Translations under genes and position numbers: made by a program | Shown: piece after piece, positions 1 to 11,737 of the stretch | How the letters are laid out: every line of letters begins with the position of its first letter | Numbering within the stretch: position 1 is the stretch's first letter | From: Alloascoidea hylecoeti | Lineage: Eukaryota | Direction: 5' to 3' | DNA length: 64,000 nucleotides | Assembly (NCBI GenBank): GCA_001600815.1 | Contig: BCKZ01000011.1 | Location: 1-64,000, forward strand | Notes under the pieces: generated by a model | The model's database searches: none | The model's input: the letters and a program-made list of their open reading frames with translations, nothing else | What the model was told of the DNA's origin: nothing

Positions 1-500
1 TTGCATTGGAGTTCCTGTACTTTTTGAAAAGAATTTTCATAAGCAGTATGATTTCTTGTAAAATTGTTTATAATTATTGCTCGAAATAGGACCATAAACT
101 TCAACAACTTTACCATTGGATTGATTAATAACAGCTCCAAATTCTGCTTTTGAAGAAACAATATCACCATCTTTTAAAGGTTCAGCACCAGGAGCCATAC
201 TAAAACAGTAAAACAAAATTTGATAACACACACATCTGTTTGGAAATAATGATTTAATAATTCATTTGCAACCAGCAACATTTTGAAAAATCCTTTGGAG
301 CAAAAGTNTCACCGATTCCCAACACTATGAATAAATTCAGCAATTTGTTGTTTTGTAATTTTAATCTTTTCTCCAATAATTGGTTTAATAACATTAATAT
401 TCAAATTAAATTTATCATCATTAACAAACNATAACTTCCAATAGAATTATTTAATTCGATCATTTCCACTTTCCATAACTTCAACAATTGGAGTCTATAA
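1..500 (-). pseudogene. FAS1: Decayed internal fragment of fatty acid synthase beta subunit (dehydratase region); runs off the left edge
   Basis: Manual minus-strand translation across frameshifts and stops gives TPIVEVMESGNDRIK*FYWKL..DDKFNLNINV..KITKQQIAEFIHSVGN..FAPKDF..IIKSLFP..MAPGAEPLKDGDIVSSKAEFGAVINQSNGKVVEVYG..YENSFQK. This is colinear with yeast Fas1 as I recall it (PISEVMEDRNQRIKEMYWKLW..FTHAVGN..LAPMDF..IIKAIFP..MIPGAKPLQVGDVVS..VVNQPTGKIVDVVG..FENTFQK). Confidence 0.85.
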
Positions 501-2187
501 TTATAAAATAATTCCAAATAAACAGGTTTATAATCAGCAGTTCTTAATTCATTTTGTTGTTTATTAACTTCTTTAGCTTATAAAACGTTTGTTAATTTTT
601 TATGTAATAATTGATTTNGATGAATCATCAACATTGTAGTATCTATAACTTCATTATTAAAATCATTTTCAATAATTAATCATCTCAAAAATGGTAGATT
701 CATTGCAAATATAGATAATTGGCAAAACAATTACATTCAATTATATTTGCTTTCAAAACATTTTCCTTCTCATTTGTAATTCCATTATCATTGTTATTGT
801 AATTAATATCAAAATCCCCTTTATAATCATCACCATTATAAATATTTATATCATCATCTTTGTTTGGAAACAACAATTAATTCTTCAATTAATTTTGGTT
901 GTTGTTGAAGAGTAATCATTATCATTTTTAGATTTTCTGAAANTATTTGCATTTGAATGAAAATTTGAAGTTGATTTCGATCTTGAATTTCGAGGAGAAT
1001 CAATATATCCTGTGAACCTTGATTGTTGTTTTCTTGAATCAAAACTATTCGTAGTTGCAATAGTTGTTAAATCATTATTTATATTCGATGTTGATTTTTA
1101 AATAGAACTAAAATGCTTTTTGTAGATGATCCTTCCTGGCCTCAACAACATATTCAGCGGGTAAATACGANTAAAAATCTACTGTTGATTCTTTACATCA
1201 AGTTATCAACAGCTAATCTTTAATCGTAAGCTTGAAGTTGAAGATAGATTTAAAGAGATGAAGTGCAATGGTGGTGATATTTTTGGTCAAACTGTTACAC
1301 CCGTACATTCGCAATATTTTTGGATTGCAATTACAAATAAACCCAACATTACGAACTTTGTTGATTTCTATTATTCAATATTTCCCCATAAGAAAAACTT
1401 CCACGGCCACTAGTTTATCGAACGCACCTCCAAGTAATACACGAACATGAACGTGATAAGGTGGTATTACATTCAGCATGATATTCGTTAGAATCGTTAC
1501 TGATTGCTCTGCATGAGATCATTGATAACTGTTATGTTCACTTACATAATCCGAAATGAGTATTTCCATTGTNATAAGGAGTAAAAAACCGTACTTAACA
1601 TTATAAAATCGGTTGTTTATAATTTTAATATAGTTGGATCATGTCATAATCACGGAAGTTTGGAATTGCAATTGATCTCTTAAACNCAAATGCTAATATG
1701 GTACTGGTATTCCCANAGGTTTCCTATAAGGCCTTATAATGAATCTGANATTATATTGATTTATTGATCAATTGATGAGCTTTGCATCTGTTGTTTTATT
1801 CATTTTTGTTCTATTCATCATGTGAATAGAATTATAGAAAGAAGTGTAGTCAGCTGAAACACCATATACCTCAATCAGTTCAAATTAAACATGCATCTTA
1901 ATTAAGTTATTCAATTCATTGTGTGGAAATTGCAATATTAATCAATTGGTTATAATTCAAAGTGAGGAAAAATCCACAATAAATGTTAATCTAAATTGTC
2001 CTATAATTATCACATCATCATCAGTTGCAATATTGAAAGGAATGGACAATGAAATTTTCATTTAGTTAACTGTTAATGCGTATGAATATATTATTTGGAA
2101 TATGTTTCTAGAGGACTATAAATGAGCTAAACATCCAAATGATTTTTNAATAATTGTTTTAATTATACAAATACTAATTATACAAAA

Positions 2188-2619
2188 ATGGCTGAATCAA
2201 ATTCTTTCTACAGTAATGATCAAAACGACCGTCACAACCAATATCAAGGATCCGGAAACAATGAAGGTAGTGGTGGAGAACGTGGCACTGGAGGTCTTAG
2301 CGGTGTAGTTGGAAAACTTGCAGTTCAAGCTGTATCTGGTTCTGGTTCTGGTTCTGGTTCTGGTGTAGGTGCTGGTGCTGGTGGTGCAACTAGTCAAATC
2401 AAGAATAAGCTCACCGGTGGTGGTCGTGATGATGACAGACGTAATGAACACCAAGGTGGTGGTCAAGGAGGATTCGGAGGTTCAGGAGGTCAAGAAGGCC
2501 AAGGCGGATTTGGTGGTCAAGAAGGTNGTCCAGCTNGCCAAGGATTTGGTGGTCGTCCAGAACGCCAAAGTGAAGGTGGCTATGGTGGTGATCAAAGTGG
2601 TCAAGATGTAAGTTGGTAA
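2188..2619 (+). CDS. Small Gly/Gln/Ser-rich hydrophilic protein (hydrophilin/stress-protein-like)
   Basis: 143-aa ORF with AAAATG context, an upstream TATAAA (~2117), strong GGT/GGA codon bias, GS repeats and QGGFGG repeats. Confidence 0.7.
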   Translation: MAESNSFYSNDQNDRHNQYQGSGNNEGSGGERGTGGLSGVVGKLAVQAVSGSGSGSGSGVGAGAGGATSQIKNKLTGGGRDDDRRNEHQGGGQGGFGGSGGQEGQGGFGGQEGXPAXQGFGGRPERQSEGGYGGDQSGQDVSW

Positions 2620-4362
2620 TTATTATGTTTTTATAGTTATTGTTACACGTTATAATACAATTATGTGATTACTATTAGAATGAAGTATTAAATTCAAAAT
2701 TACAATTGCAAGTATATCTCAATTCCAATCAATATTTAAATCCAACTAATTTTCAGGTAATATTAAGTGATGATTTCATGGAGTCTAGAATTAATTTTAT
2801 AAATGATGCTACATTACTTTGCGTGTAAATATCGACCACTCATTGACCTATATATTTGACCACATTTTCATGAAAATAAAAATATTTGCCGAGTTAAATT
2901 AATAATGCAGCCACATGATGCATAAACTAGTCGGTCACACTATGAAAGAATTATTCGCCTACATCACATATAAAGGTTCGACCACTTTACATACACACAC
3001 TTCCCTTGACAAGCTGCATATTTGTTTGACTAAATTNTCTTGACGAACAATTCTTTTACATTATCACCTTTATTTTACGATAATCAATTACTGAATAAAA
3101 AAATTTATTCGTCTCATGTGATTGTAGTCTAGTCGCTCTTGTTGATACCTTTGCTCAATTGAGGTGGGATGTTTTGAGTAATGCATTAGATTATATATCA
3201 AAGCAGCTACATTAGTATCTTTTTATTTAATTTACATAAATAAATCTTTAAGTTCATCAAGAGAATATTTATTTAATCAAATATTTTATTTGTTAAAACA
3301 GAGAGTTCTGTAGATTTATCAATGATTAGAAGTATATAGTTCTAGTTTTTATAAATTCATTATAAATATTTAGTATAATTCTCGTATAAACGAAATCATT
3401 CGCTATTTTTAATAATAGTAAGTTTAAAAATTTTATATTTACATACAATAAAATACCTTATTTTATTGGTTACTAAATTGTCTGTTGTATTCGCCTTATA
3501 CACAACAATTCTTCACAATTGCAAAAGTCAATAATCAATTGTGTTCTTATATTCTAAGATGTCAGACAAAAAAAACATGCATGGAGGATGCTAATATTGN
3601 CCCAGAATACCAACTTCATATCCAGGAACGTTGGTAGAGACACAAGAATTATACTTTTCATTCTATTATATCCACTTGAACGTTTTGAGCTTCTTCAAAA
3701 AAGTAACGGATTCTGTTTCAACCTTTGCATTATAATATATATAAACTCATCAGCATAGGTCAGAGTTTGATTCTTCTAATAATTAAGCTAACCATTTCCA
3801 TTCCACGATGCGCTTTCCTCAAACTTTTCATATTCCACCAGCCAAAAAATAAAATGGAGATTTCGGCTCAATCGTTGCTTTAAAAGTGATAAAAAGTGTA
3901 GATATTATGAATATAGACCCAACAGTCACAATCAGAAATATCTTTGAAAATAAAATTGACAAGAGTTTTAAAATCAGAAATACCCAGCATCGTGCTATAC
4001 ATCCCACATATAGTAATAGGTTGCAATTGGTTATATTTTGTTAGATATATTTAGTCAGACCATATCTCCGTAAGATCGGCATTACAGCATTTGTGAAGAG
4101 TAATGTATATGATGGAATGGTATCTTTGTAATCACACACACAAAGTAGTATGTAATTCGTGATTCTTGCTTATCGCTGTTATCAGGGCGATAACTACCCC
4201 GCATAATTCAAACTTGAATATATATAATACGCGTTTATCTTTGTTTTTGATATAAATGAAAATGATTTCCTCTCCATCCTTCATTCTTATGACTGACTCT
4301 ACACTAAAAAAATTCCATTAAAAAACATACACAAAACAAACTACCAATAAAAAACGATCAAC

Positions 4363-5578
4363 ATGGAGAAATCAGTTGACTCAACCTCAATTGATAAAAA
4401 GATCTCAAATTTTATTGACCAGTTATTAGAATTAATTGATAATCTGGGACCGAGTTTAATTGATCATAGTATCATAAACTTAATCGATAAAGGTGTCTCA
4501 AAAAGCATAATTGAATGGTTAATAAGAATAATTGATGCATTGGGCCCAAGCTTGATGACTAAAAGGGACCCAAAAGCCGTGATTAATAATAATAATAATG
4601 GGATAATCCCACTTTGTTTATGTATTTCTCAAAAACTTAATCAATCAATGTCACACATGCTTAACTGATGAACATCTCTCAGGTGTTATTGATGATTGGG
4701 GCTCAAGACACTCTACCTTACCGGATGGATATGTCACAAACTTAGTTAGTGATTGGAACTCTAAGCTAACCATTGACTCGGACACAATTGAAGAATGCAC
4801 CTCAACCTTAGATGAAGAATGTGAATATATTCAACCATTCTTCAGTATTGAAATTCCTAAAAATGAAAGTCTCAGTATATGCTTAAAAACAGATGCACTT
4901 GAAAAAAATGATGATGATGTTAGGAAAGCAGCACAGAACTTAAGGAGTGAGTTTAAAAACTTTTGTTTTTCTCTAAAACCAGATGATTTAGATGGGTTTG
5001 AAACTGAAAAATTAGCTAAATTTTATTGTTACTGTTATTTTACGGTTCAAAATGGGATTATAATTGCACCACAAAAGTCTAAGGGTCTTAAGGACAAAGA
5101 GACTGGTAATTCTAAAAAATTCACTTTAAAATGTTTTCGATGTAATGCGAAAGTCTATGGAGCCAGATATTTTGATAATCAGTGGGAACAAATAAGTTTT
5201 TATGAGCATAACTGCTGTGGGTCAGGAGCAGCTGAAGAAGCTGAATTACACACAATACAAGGTAAGCCTACACCTGAGAGAGAAAGATATCCATATATCG
5301 AAGAAATCATTGAGGTGTTGATTCAAAAATGGAAGAAGTGGTTTAAATTAAGCACTCGCGATTGGAGGTATTATAGGAAACTTATTATTTGTGCTACAAG
5401 CTTGGTTTTGCAAGACAATAAATACGGTTATGCCGCGAAAATTTCACAAGAAACTACGAAATTGGTAAAACTAGATGATAAACATTCTTATTTGGTACCA
5501 TATGAACGGGAAAATTTGCCTCAAGAATATTCAAAGTCTATAGCAAAATTGGAAAGTGTTGATTATATGCAGCTATAG
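4363..5578 (+). CDS. Split gene (probable intron 4622-4682, or +1 frameshift) encoding a protein with a Mutator/MuDR-type WRKY-GCM1-like zinc-finger motif
   Basis: ORF 4363-4668 overlaps an ATG-less open frame at 4607-5578 (323 codons). That frame contains FETEKLAKFYCYCYF..GIII..KS..FTLKCFRCNAKVYGARYFDNQWEQISFYEHNC. Removing GTATTT..CTGAT..CAG (4622-4682, 61 nt) joins the two frames. Confidence 0.6.
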
Positions 5579-6073
5579 GTAAAAAGTATTCAAAGTTAAT
5601 ACGTGCAACTGTTAGATTTGTTCATTGTTAGACATGAATCACATGATAGTGGTTACACAAATTAGTTGCTTTTTTTATTTATATAGCTTTTTCCACTCTA
5701 GTACACCAATATTGTTCATGGATCACGGTTTTTCTTAGCTTTTCCCGCGATTGATATGTAAAGTGGTTCAACTACTTACCTCGAATGAGCATGATCTACT
5801 ATTGGAAAGGAAAATACGTAAAATCGAAGGCTAACATCGATAAACAAATACATGTAGTAGTTTGAATTTATAATTTATACTAGTATGCATAATCCTTTCA
5901 TCATTTATTTGTCTCCAAAGTAAAGAAAAAACTGAAATTAACTACTGGTAGTATTATATTATTCTCGTCTAAAATCGTGCTACTAAATAATAGGTGGAAT
6001 TAATATAATATATATAACGGTTTTTTATAAAGATTTAAATACTATCTGTCTATATTTACAATTGTTTAATGTA

Positions 6074-7882
6074 CTAGTCTTCCATATCTTCCATTCTTAA
6101 TAAATTGGCAGCCTCAAGACTTGAGTCATCATGAATTCTAAAAGTATCATTGGAGTCAAATTCTTCCAGTGGAATAGCTTCTGGTTCTACTTCTTCATTT
6201 CTATAATTTTCCGAATTGTCTTCATCAGTATCCTTATCCCATAAGAACGAGAAANATATATAAACTAGAGGAAAAGAAAATAAAAATAGCAATAGATAAA
6301 AGCTTCTAGCACTGAATTTAACCAATATAGAATATATCAATAAAAATATAGCTCCAGATATAGTACCAACAACACTTGCTATTACTGATAAACCACCTTG
6401 TAATTCACCCACTCTATGCGATGGTGTATATTTTATGAATGCATTTTCAATACCTGGTCTTGAAAATGCAGCTAATGACGAAAACATAAATGTCCCCATA
6501 TATTGTTTAGTTGTCTTTGCAAAAAATAAACCAAGAGTTCCAAAAGTACCAATTATCGAACCAATTTGAAGTAAAGTAGTATCAATTCTATCAATATGAA
6601 TAGGATCAACAATAAATAAATAATTTAAAAGTTTTAAAAAAATTGGTAAAATAATCATTAANACAATTGCTGAAGAACCACCAATTAATGAAAAAAAATA
6701 ACCACCTTGAGAACTATCCCATTTAAAAACATAAGTTGGATATAATAATATAATAACTGCGAAACCAGAACCAACGATTGATCCAACTATGCTTATAATT
6801 AATAATTTTTTAAGAACTTTTCTTGATTTTTTTGATTTTAATTTTTCATTATTTTTAGATGAAAAAATATTTAATGGTTTTAAAAAAGTTTTTACAATTT
6901 TTTTAAGATATATTTTAAAAATTTTATCATTTGATTTAATTAAATTATTATTATGTTCATCATTTTCAATTCCAATTTCTAATATATTTAATTCTTTTGA
7001 TCTTCTCATTGAAGTTTTTGTCCTTGATTCATTAACTACAAATAAAAATAAAAATATGCAAATAATATCAGTTGTAAGTAATATATAAAGACCAAAGAAT
7101 CGATTATTTGATTTTTTAATNAAATACCCACCTACTAATGGACCAATAAATATACCTAGAAAGAAAACACCAAGCACAGTACTCATATATCTTGATCTAT
7201 CCTTTGGTGATATGGTATCAGCAATATATGATGTTGTTATTGGATTTAATAATCCTCCGTTTCCTTGTATGCCATCGAAGATCGAAGATATTATTAACCA
7301 ATATGGACTTATTTTTGCTTCAGATTTGACAAATGTAAGAAACACAATATTACTAACAAATGTTGCAATGATCACATGAATAAAGATTGGTTTCCTCCCT
7401 ATCCTATCGCTAAGTCTACTCAGTATAGCAGATACAACCAGACCAATTGCACCACCAACTAATGATTGTACTAGTTGAATTCTTGAGGTTGTAGCTTGAA
7501 CTGAAGGAGTGTAACAAACACTCGGAAGTGTTATATTTCTTGTTGATTCACCAGTGTTCCTTAATAATAATAAAGTATGATTACTGTTGTTATAACCATC
7601 GTTGTTAACTGAAGTGTTTGAGTTTCTACATACAAATTCCATGGTTAAAGTTATAAATGATGATAAGGCACAACCAGTACCTATGTGAAATATTATTAGA
7701 ACAACTATTAATATTTTAACATTTGGTTGTTTATACCAAGGCTTGAGTTGATGTTCCAAAATCGATTCATGATGTCTTCGTTCGTCTTCTGACATTTCAT
7801 CCTTATTCAGTTCAATATCAATATCGATATCATTATCATCACCAACTCTAGCTTCGAGGTTTTGACCATTGATGGCTGTCAT
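6074..7882 (-). CDS. MFS transporter (YJL163C/SLC46-like)
   Basis: 602 aa with about 12 hydrophobic segments, MFS motif A (LSRLSDRIGRKP), SYIAD..DRS and GELQG motifs. Confidence 0.9.
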   Translation of the reverse strand: MTAINGQNLEARVGDDNDIDIDIELNKDEMSEDERRHHESILEHQLKPWYKQPNVKILIVVLIIFHIGTGCALSSFITLTMEFVCRNSNTSVNNDGYNNSNHTLLLLRNTGESTRNITLPSVCYTPSVQATTSRIQLVQSLVGGAIGLVVSAILSRLSDRIGRKPIFIHVIIATFVSNIVFLTFVKSEAKISPYWLIISSIFDGIQGNGGLLNPITTSYIADTISPKDRSRYMSTVLGVFFLGIFIGPLVGGYXIKKSNNRFFGLYILLTTDIICIFLFLFVVNESRTKTSMRRSKELNILEIGIENDEHNNNLIKSNDKIFKIYLKKIVKTFLKPLNIFSSKNNEKLKSKKSRKVLKKLLIISIVGSIVGSGFAVIILLYPTYVFKWDSSQGGYFFSLIGGSSAIXLMIILPIFLKLLNYLFIVDPIHIDRIDTTLLQIGSIIGTFGTLGLFFAKTTKQYMGTFMFSSLAAFSRPGIENAFIKYTPSHRVGELQGGLSVIASVVGTISGAIFLLIYSILVKFSARSFYLLLFLFSFPLVYIXFSFLWDKDTDEDNSENYRNEEVEPEAIPLEEFDSNDTFRIHDDSSLEAANLLRMEDMED

Positions 7883-8269
7883 AATGTAAACCTCACGTTA
7901 CTTGTGTAATCGATTAATCAACAAGACACGTCAGATACTTATATCTAGGTGAGTTGGCAAATGAGTGAAATAAAAGATTCTAGGTATATAAAATGTTCAT
8001 TTGTGAAAGAGGCACTGTCAGATTTAAATAACTGTATTATTATAAAGGCTATCTATGAATTAAACATCCAAACATATGGATTTGATTATCTCTAGAAACA
8101 ATTAAACCTCCTTACATATGTGGCAAATAATGCTGGTCTCCGATGTCTCCGTGGAGGCAAATTATAAAATCATATCGTTAGCGTTTTCAATTCCATACTA
8201 TGTGATATTCATACATATCCTCATGAGTCATGACTAGTAACCAATGGAGTCAATTCAAGCCCGAAGTTA

Positions 8270-8440
8270 CGCTTTTTGGGGGTATTTAGAATTTGAATGA
8301 AACACAGGATGTGGTTTAACCAGATAGATCCCTGTTCTCTTTTATACTCCAAAAGACCTAAGACGCCTTGTAGAAAACGTGGACCTTCGTAGCCATGATT
8401 GAACTCTAACTTCTTACCCATTTTCCCTTCATTGACAAGC
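8270..8440 (-). mobile_element. Relic of a Ty3/gypsy integrase C-terminal GPY/F module
   Basis: GKKLEFNHGYEGPRFLQGVLGLLEYK is followed, after a frameshift, by KPHPVFHS. This resembles the KL..Y.GP....V.G...Y.L..HPVFH module. Confidence 0.45.
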
Positions 8441-8979
8441 CTGATCTTCTGAGTCGATTAGTATGTGTTTTAGATTTTCAATCATACAATTAATGTGAAC
8501 AGGTAGAAGCGACATGGGATGGCCCAATATTCAGTGTATCAAGTGGCCGATATCAAGTGAAATGAGTACTATGATAACAACTGATCATGATGTTAATAAT
8601 ATTCCATCAATTGCAAAGTCATTGATCTACACTTTTCTCTAAATTGATTCAAAAATAGACATCTATACTTTACTATGATGTTAATGTGTGTGTGTGAGAA
8701 GTATTGGTCGCTACATCCGACAATATTTCGGCCACTGTGATTCATAGTATGACTTCTAAGTTCTCACCGACACTTACTAAATTTGTTAATATTTTCTTAC
8801 GAAGAGTTTTCACAGTGAAGCTGTACACACACGGTAATAATATTTGGCCATCTTAGTCAAACTTTTGTTATATTTTACTGGGGATGCAGAATAAATCAAC
8901 TTTAAAATATATTGCTTTCCTTGGATACTGAATTGAACTTTATTTTTAAATTCATTTGGTATGTCAATTTTACTTCTAC

Positions 8980-11290
8980 ATCTTTAAAATCCTTAGAATA
9001 ATTACAAAACGCATCTATCGATAAACTCTAATTTCTAATATCTTGCAATGCGATACTAAAAAACTAAAGAAGCCAAACTCTACTATACTGAAAAATACCC
9101 AATATGCCAATTCTAAAGGGAAAAGAAGTCAAGGAGATAGTAGTATATGAAAGAAAGCAAAAAGGTACTCATAGTTTGTGAAACTTTTTAGATTTCAATT
9201 GGTTCGGTTCGTCTCTCTACTTGCATAATAAGATCTGTACCATTATTATTGTTAAAAGAATTTTGTACAAAAGAAAACCTTCAAATTTAATCAATCTAGA
9301 GGTAGTGTAACAACAATATGCATATGTAGGTTGAAACCTAAAGCCTTTACTGTTAAGAGTTATATCCTTAGATTATTATTCCCACAAATAATTGAGTGGT
9401 GTAAAAGAAAATAAATAGAGCAGTCAACTCCTTTTATAAATTAATATCAACGTGAATATAATTACATTTATACAAGAGTCCAGACTATACAAGGGAACTA
9501 AAGTAAAAGTAGTAACACTGTCACGGTACATATAGGTCTTTGTTATGAATTTTAACCATAAATTCAAAGCGAACTCTTCCAAAGATTGTATTGCTTCAAA
9601 TTGCAACTGATTGTAATAATATGTTCCAACTGAATTCTATAAATACCCAGTATAAATTAGCTGTAGATATCGAGTGCCACCATTTATATTTGAATTTGAA
9701 GATGGCAGCTGTGCCATTTAAACATATACTAGTTAATTACAGAATTTTTTTCATTAGAACCCTGGTGATAGAATTCTGATATCTATATCATATTACTATT
9801 AAAGCTTTAAAAACAACGAAACAACTTCTTATTAACAAACATTGACTTTAATATATACTTAGAAGGCTCCAATCCCATTTGGAAAGAGTTACGAGTATAA
9901 TATATATGACAAAAAATCGGGAAGGAGGGTCTGATTCACGACAATCAAGTTTTAAAAGCATATCAGCGTGGCGATGTTAATATTTTGGGCAAATATACTC
10001 TTTGATGGCTTCGTAGACAAGGAGACAGGGATTGAAAGAATACGAACTTGGTACTATAGGAAAGCTAAAAACTAGCGTTATCTTAGCACATAAATTGCCT
10101 TCAACTAATATAAAAGTCATATTGAAGTATAGTAAAGTTGAGGAAGTATTCTCAATAAGAGGGGAAACTTTTATCAATATATGAACAAGAGTTCTTCTAA
10201 TTCATAATTAGAAAAGATGAGAGTATATTTGTAAACGTACCTTAATTTTCACAATTCAATAAAATAGGTTACACCATTATAACTTGTTTGGTTATTCTAT
10301 AAAAAGCTAATCGACTCTTTAGTGAACTGTTCTAAGAGTGTAATATATAGAATATCCAACATAACTTATATCACATTTTTTGATAAATTGTATATTTTAA
10401 ACCATCAGCAACTATGTTAAATTTATTTCCCCTGAATTTATAATAATAATGCTTCTCCTGAACATTGATATTTAGTCATCGTTACGGAAATGAAAAAAAA
10501 AGTTAATTATAAATAACCCTTTTGGTAAATTAAATTAATTGAATAAAGTTTATCATCATTTGGTTAGGGAAAAAAAGAAAGTAAATATATGTATATTAAG
10601 TGTTTTGACACATTATTTCCCATAATGATTAACAAAAACTTAGAAAGAATTCGAAAGATGATAAAAGGAATACACACAGTTTTAATTAATTACTATGGAC
10701 AACCCAAATATTTTGAAGACATAGCTGGCGCAACTAGCTCTCACTTCCTTTATTTTGTGAAGGATCTGATTAAGGAATTAAAGTGTCCGATGGTTGACAT
10801 ATTGATTAATCCACCTATTCATAAGAACAAGGAGATCATACTTAAATGGAGATATCTACCTATAAAACTACTGCTTACTTTTAAACTTAAATTTGAAGAA
10901 GGTAACTGTACTCATTTAAACATGTTGGTTACACTTATAGCAAAGCTGGTTAATTATACAATTTTTTTTTTCATTAGAGCCTTGATAATGGAATTTTGAC
11001 ACCTATATAATCAAAATAATGATTTATGATACTCAAGTATTGAAATCATATCAATATGATAATATTGTGGGTGAATATTGATATCCTATTTGATGGCTTC
11101 ATTCAACTAAAAGATAAGGAGAGAGTGACTTGAAAAATATGAAAGCTGAAAACTAGACTGATCTTACCATATAAATCGTCTTAAATTAATATAAAAAGCA
11201 TGCTAAAGTATATGGATAGGAAAGTTGGGGAAGTATATTCAAAAATGTGCATATGAGTCTTATTCTGAAACCAAAGAAGGTTTAAAAAAA
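8980..11290 (+). pseudogene. Two diverged tandem copies of an unidentified decayed gene (~9.0-10.25 kb and ~10.4-11.3 kb)
   Basis: Colinear similarity: 9690-9790 vs 10885-11010 (LVNYRIFFIRTLVIEF* vs LVNYTIFFFIRALIMEF*) and 9980-10160 vs 11060-11245 (TTTGATGGCTTC..GAAAGCT.AAACTAG..AAAGTTG.GGAAGTAT). Both copies carry many stops. Confidence 0.55.
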
Positions 11291-11737
11291 AATCAACAAA
11301 AAAGAACCAACCTTTATAAGAACTACGGGAAGGTGGAAAAAAAAGTAGATCAACTTCAGGAATACTTTACAAGGCCCTCCGACATTTCCCAAATTTCTGC
11401 TGTGAAATTTTATCTCGACTCCTGGAGGTAATAAAGAGATCTGGATTATTTAGATTCGTACTATTTCTGGAGAATTGTATGTATATATAATAAAAATTCT
11501 AAAATTAAACAACTTCTATATTAAATTCTTTGAACTATATCCAGCTCATATATACGGTCTTTATCATCATAAAGTATCCTTCTTCCAAATAAAAAGAAAA
11601 AAATATATAAAAATATAACAAAATCAACTGCCGAAGCTTGGCAATTTTTCAAAAATTTATAATAAATAATTATATCACAAATGAAAATTGTTCCATAATC
11701 ACCAACAATATATTAATCCTCAATCACAAAACAACAA

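Noticed and set aside
4607..4668. Ty1/EST3-type programmed +1 frameshift site
   Set aside because: The overlap has CTT-AAT-C and CTT-AAC-T, not CTT-AGG-C or CTT-AGT-T. An intron or a mutation is the simpler explanation.
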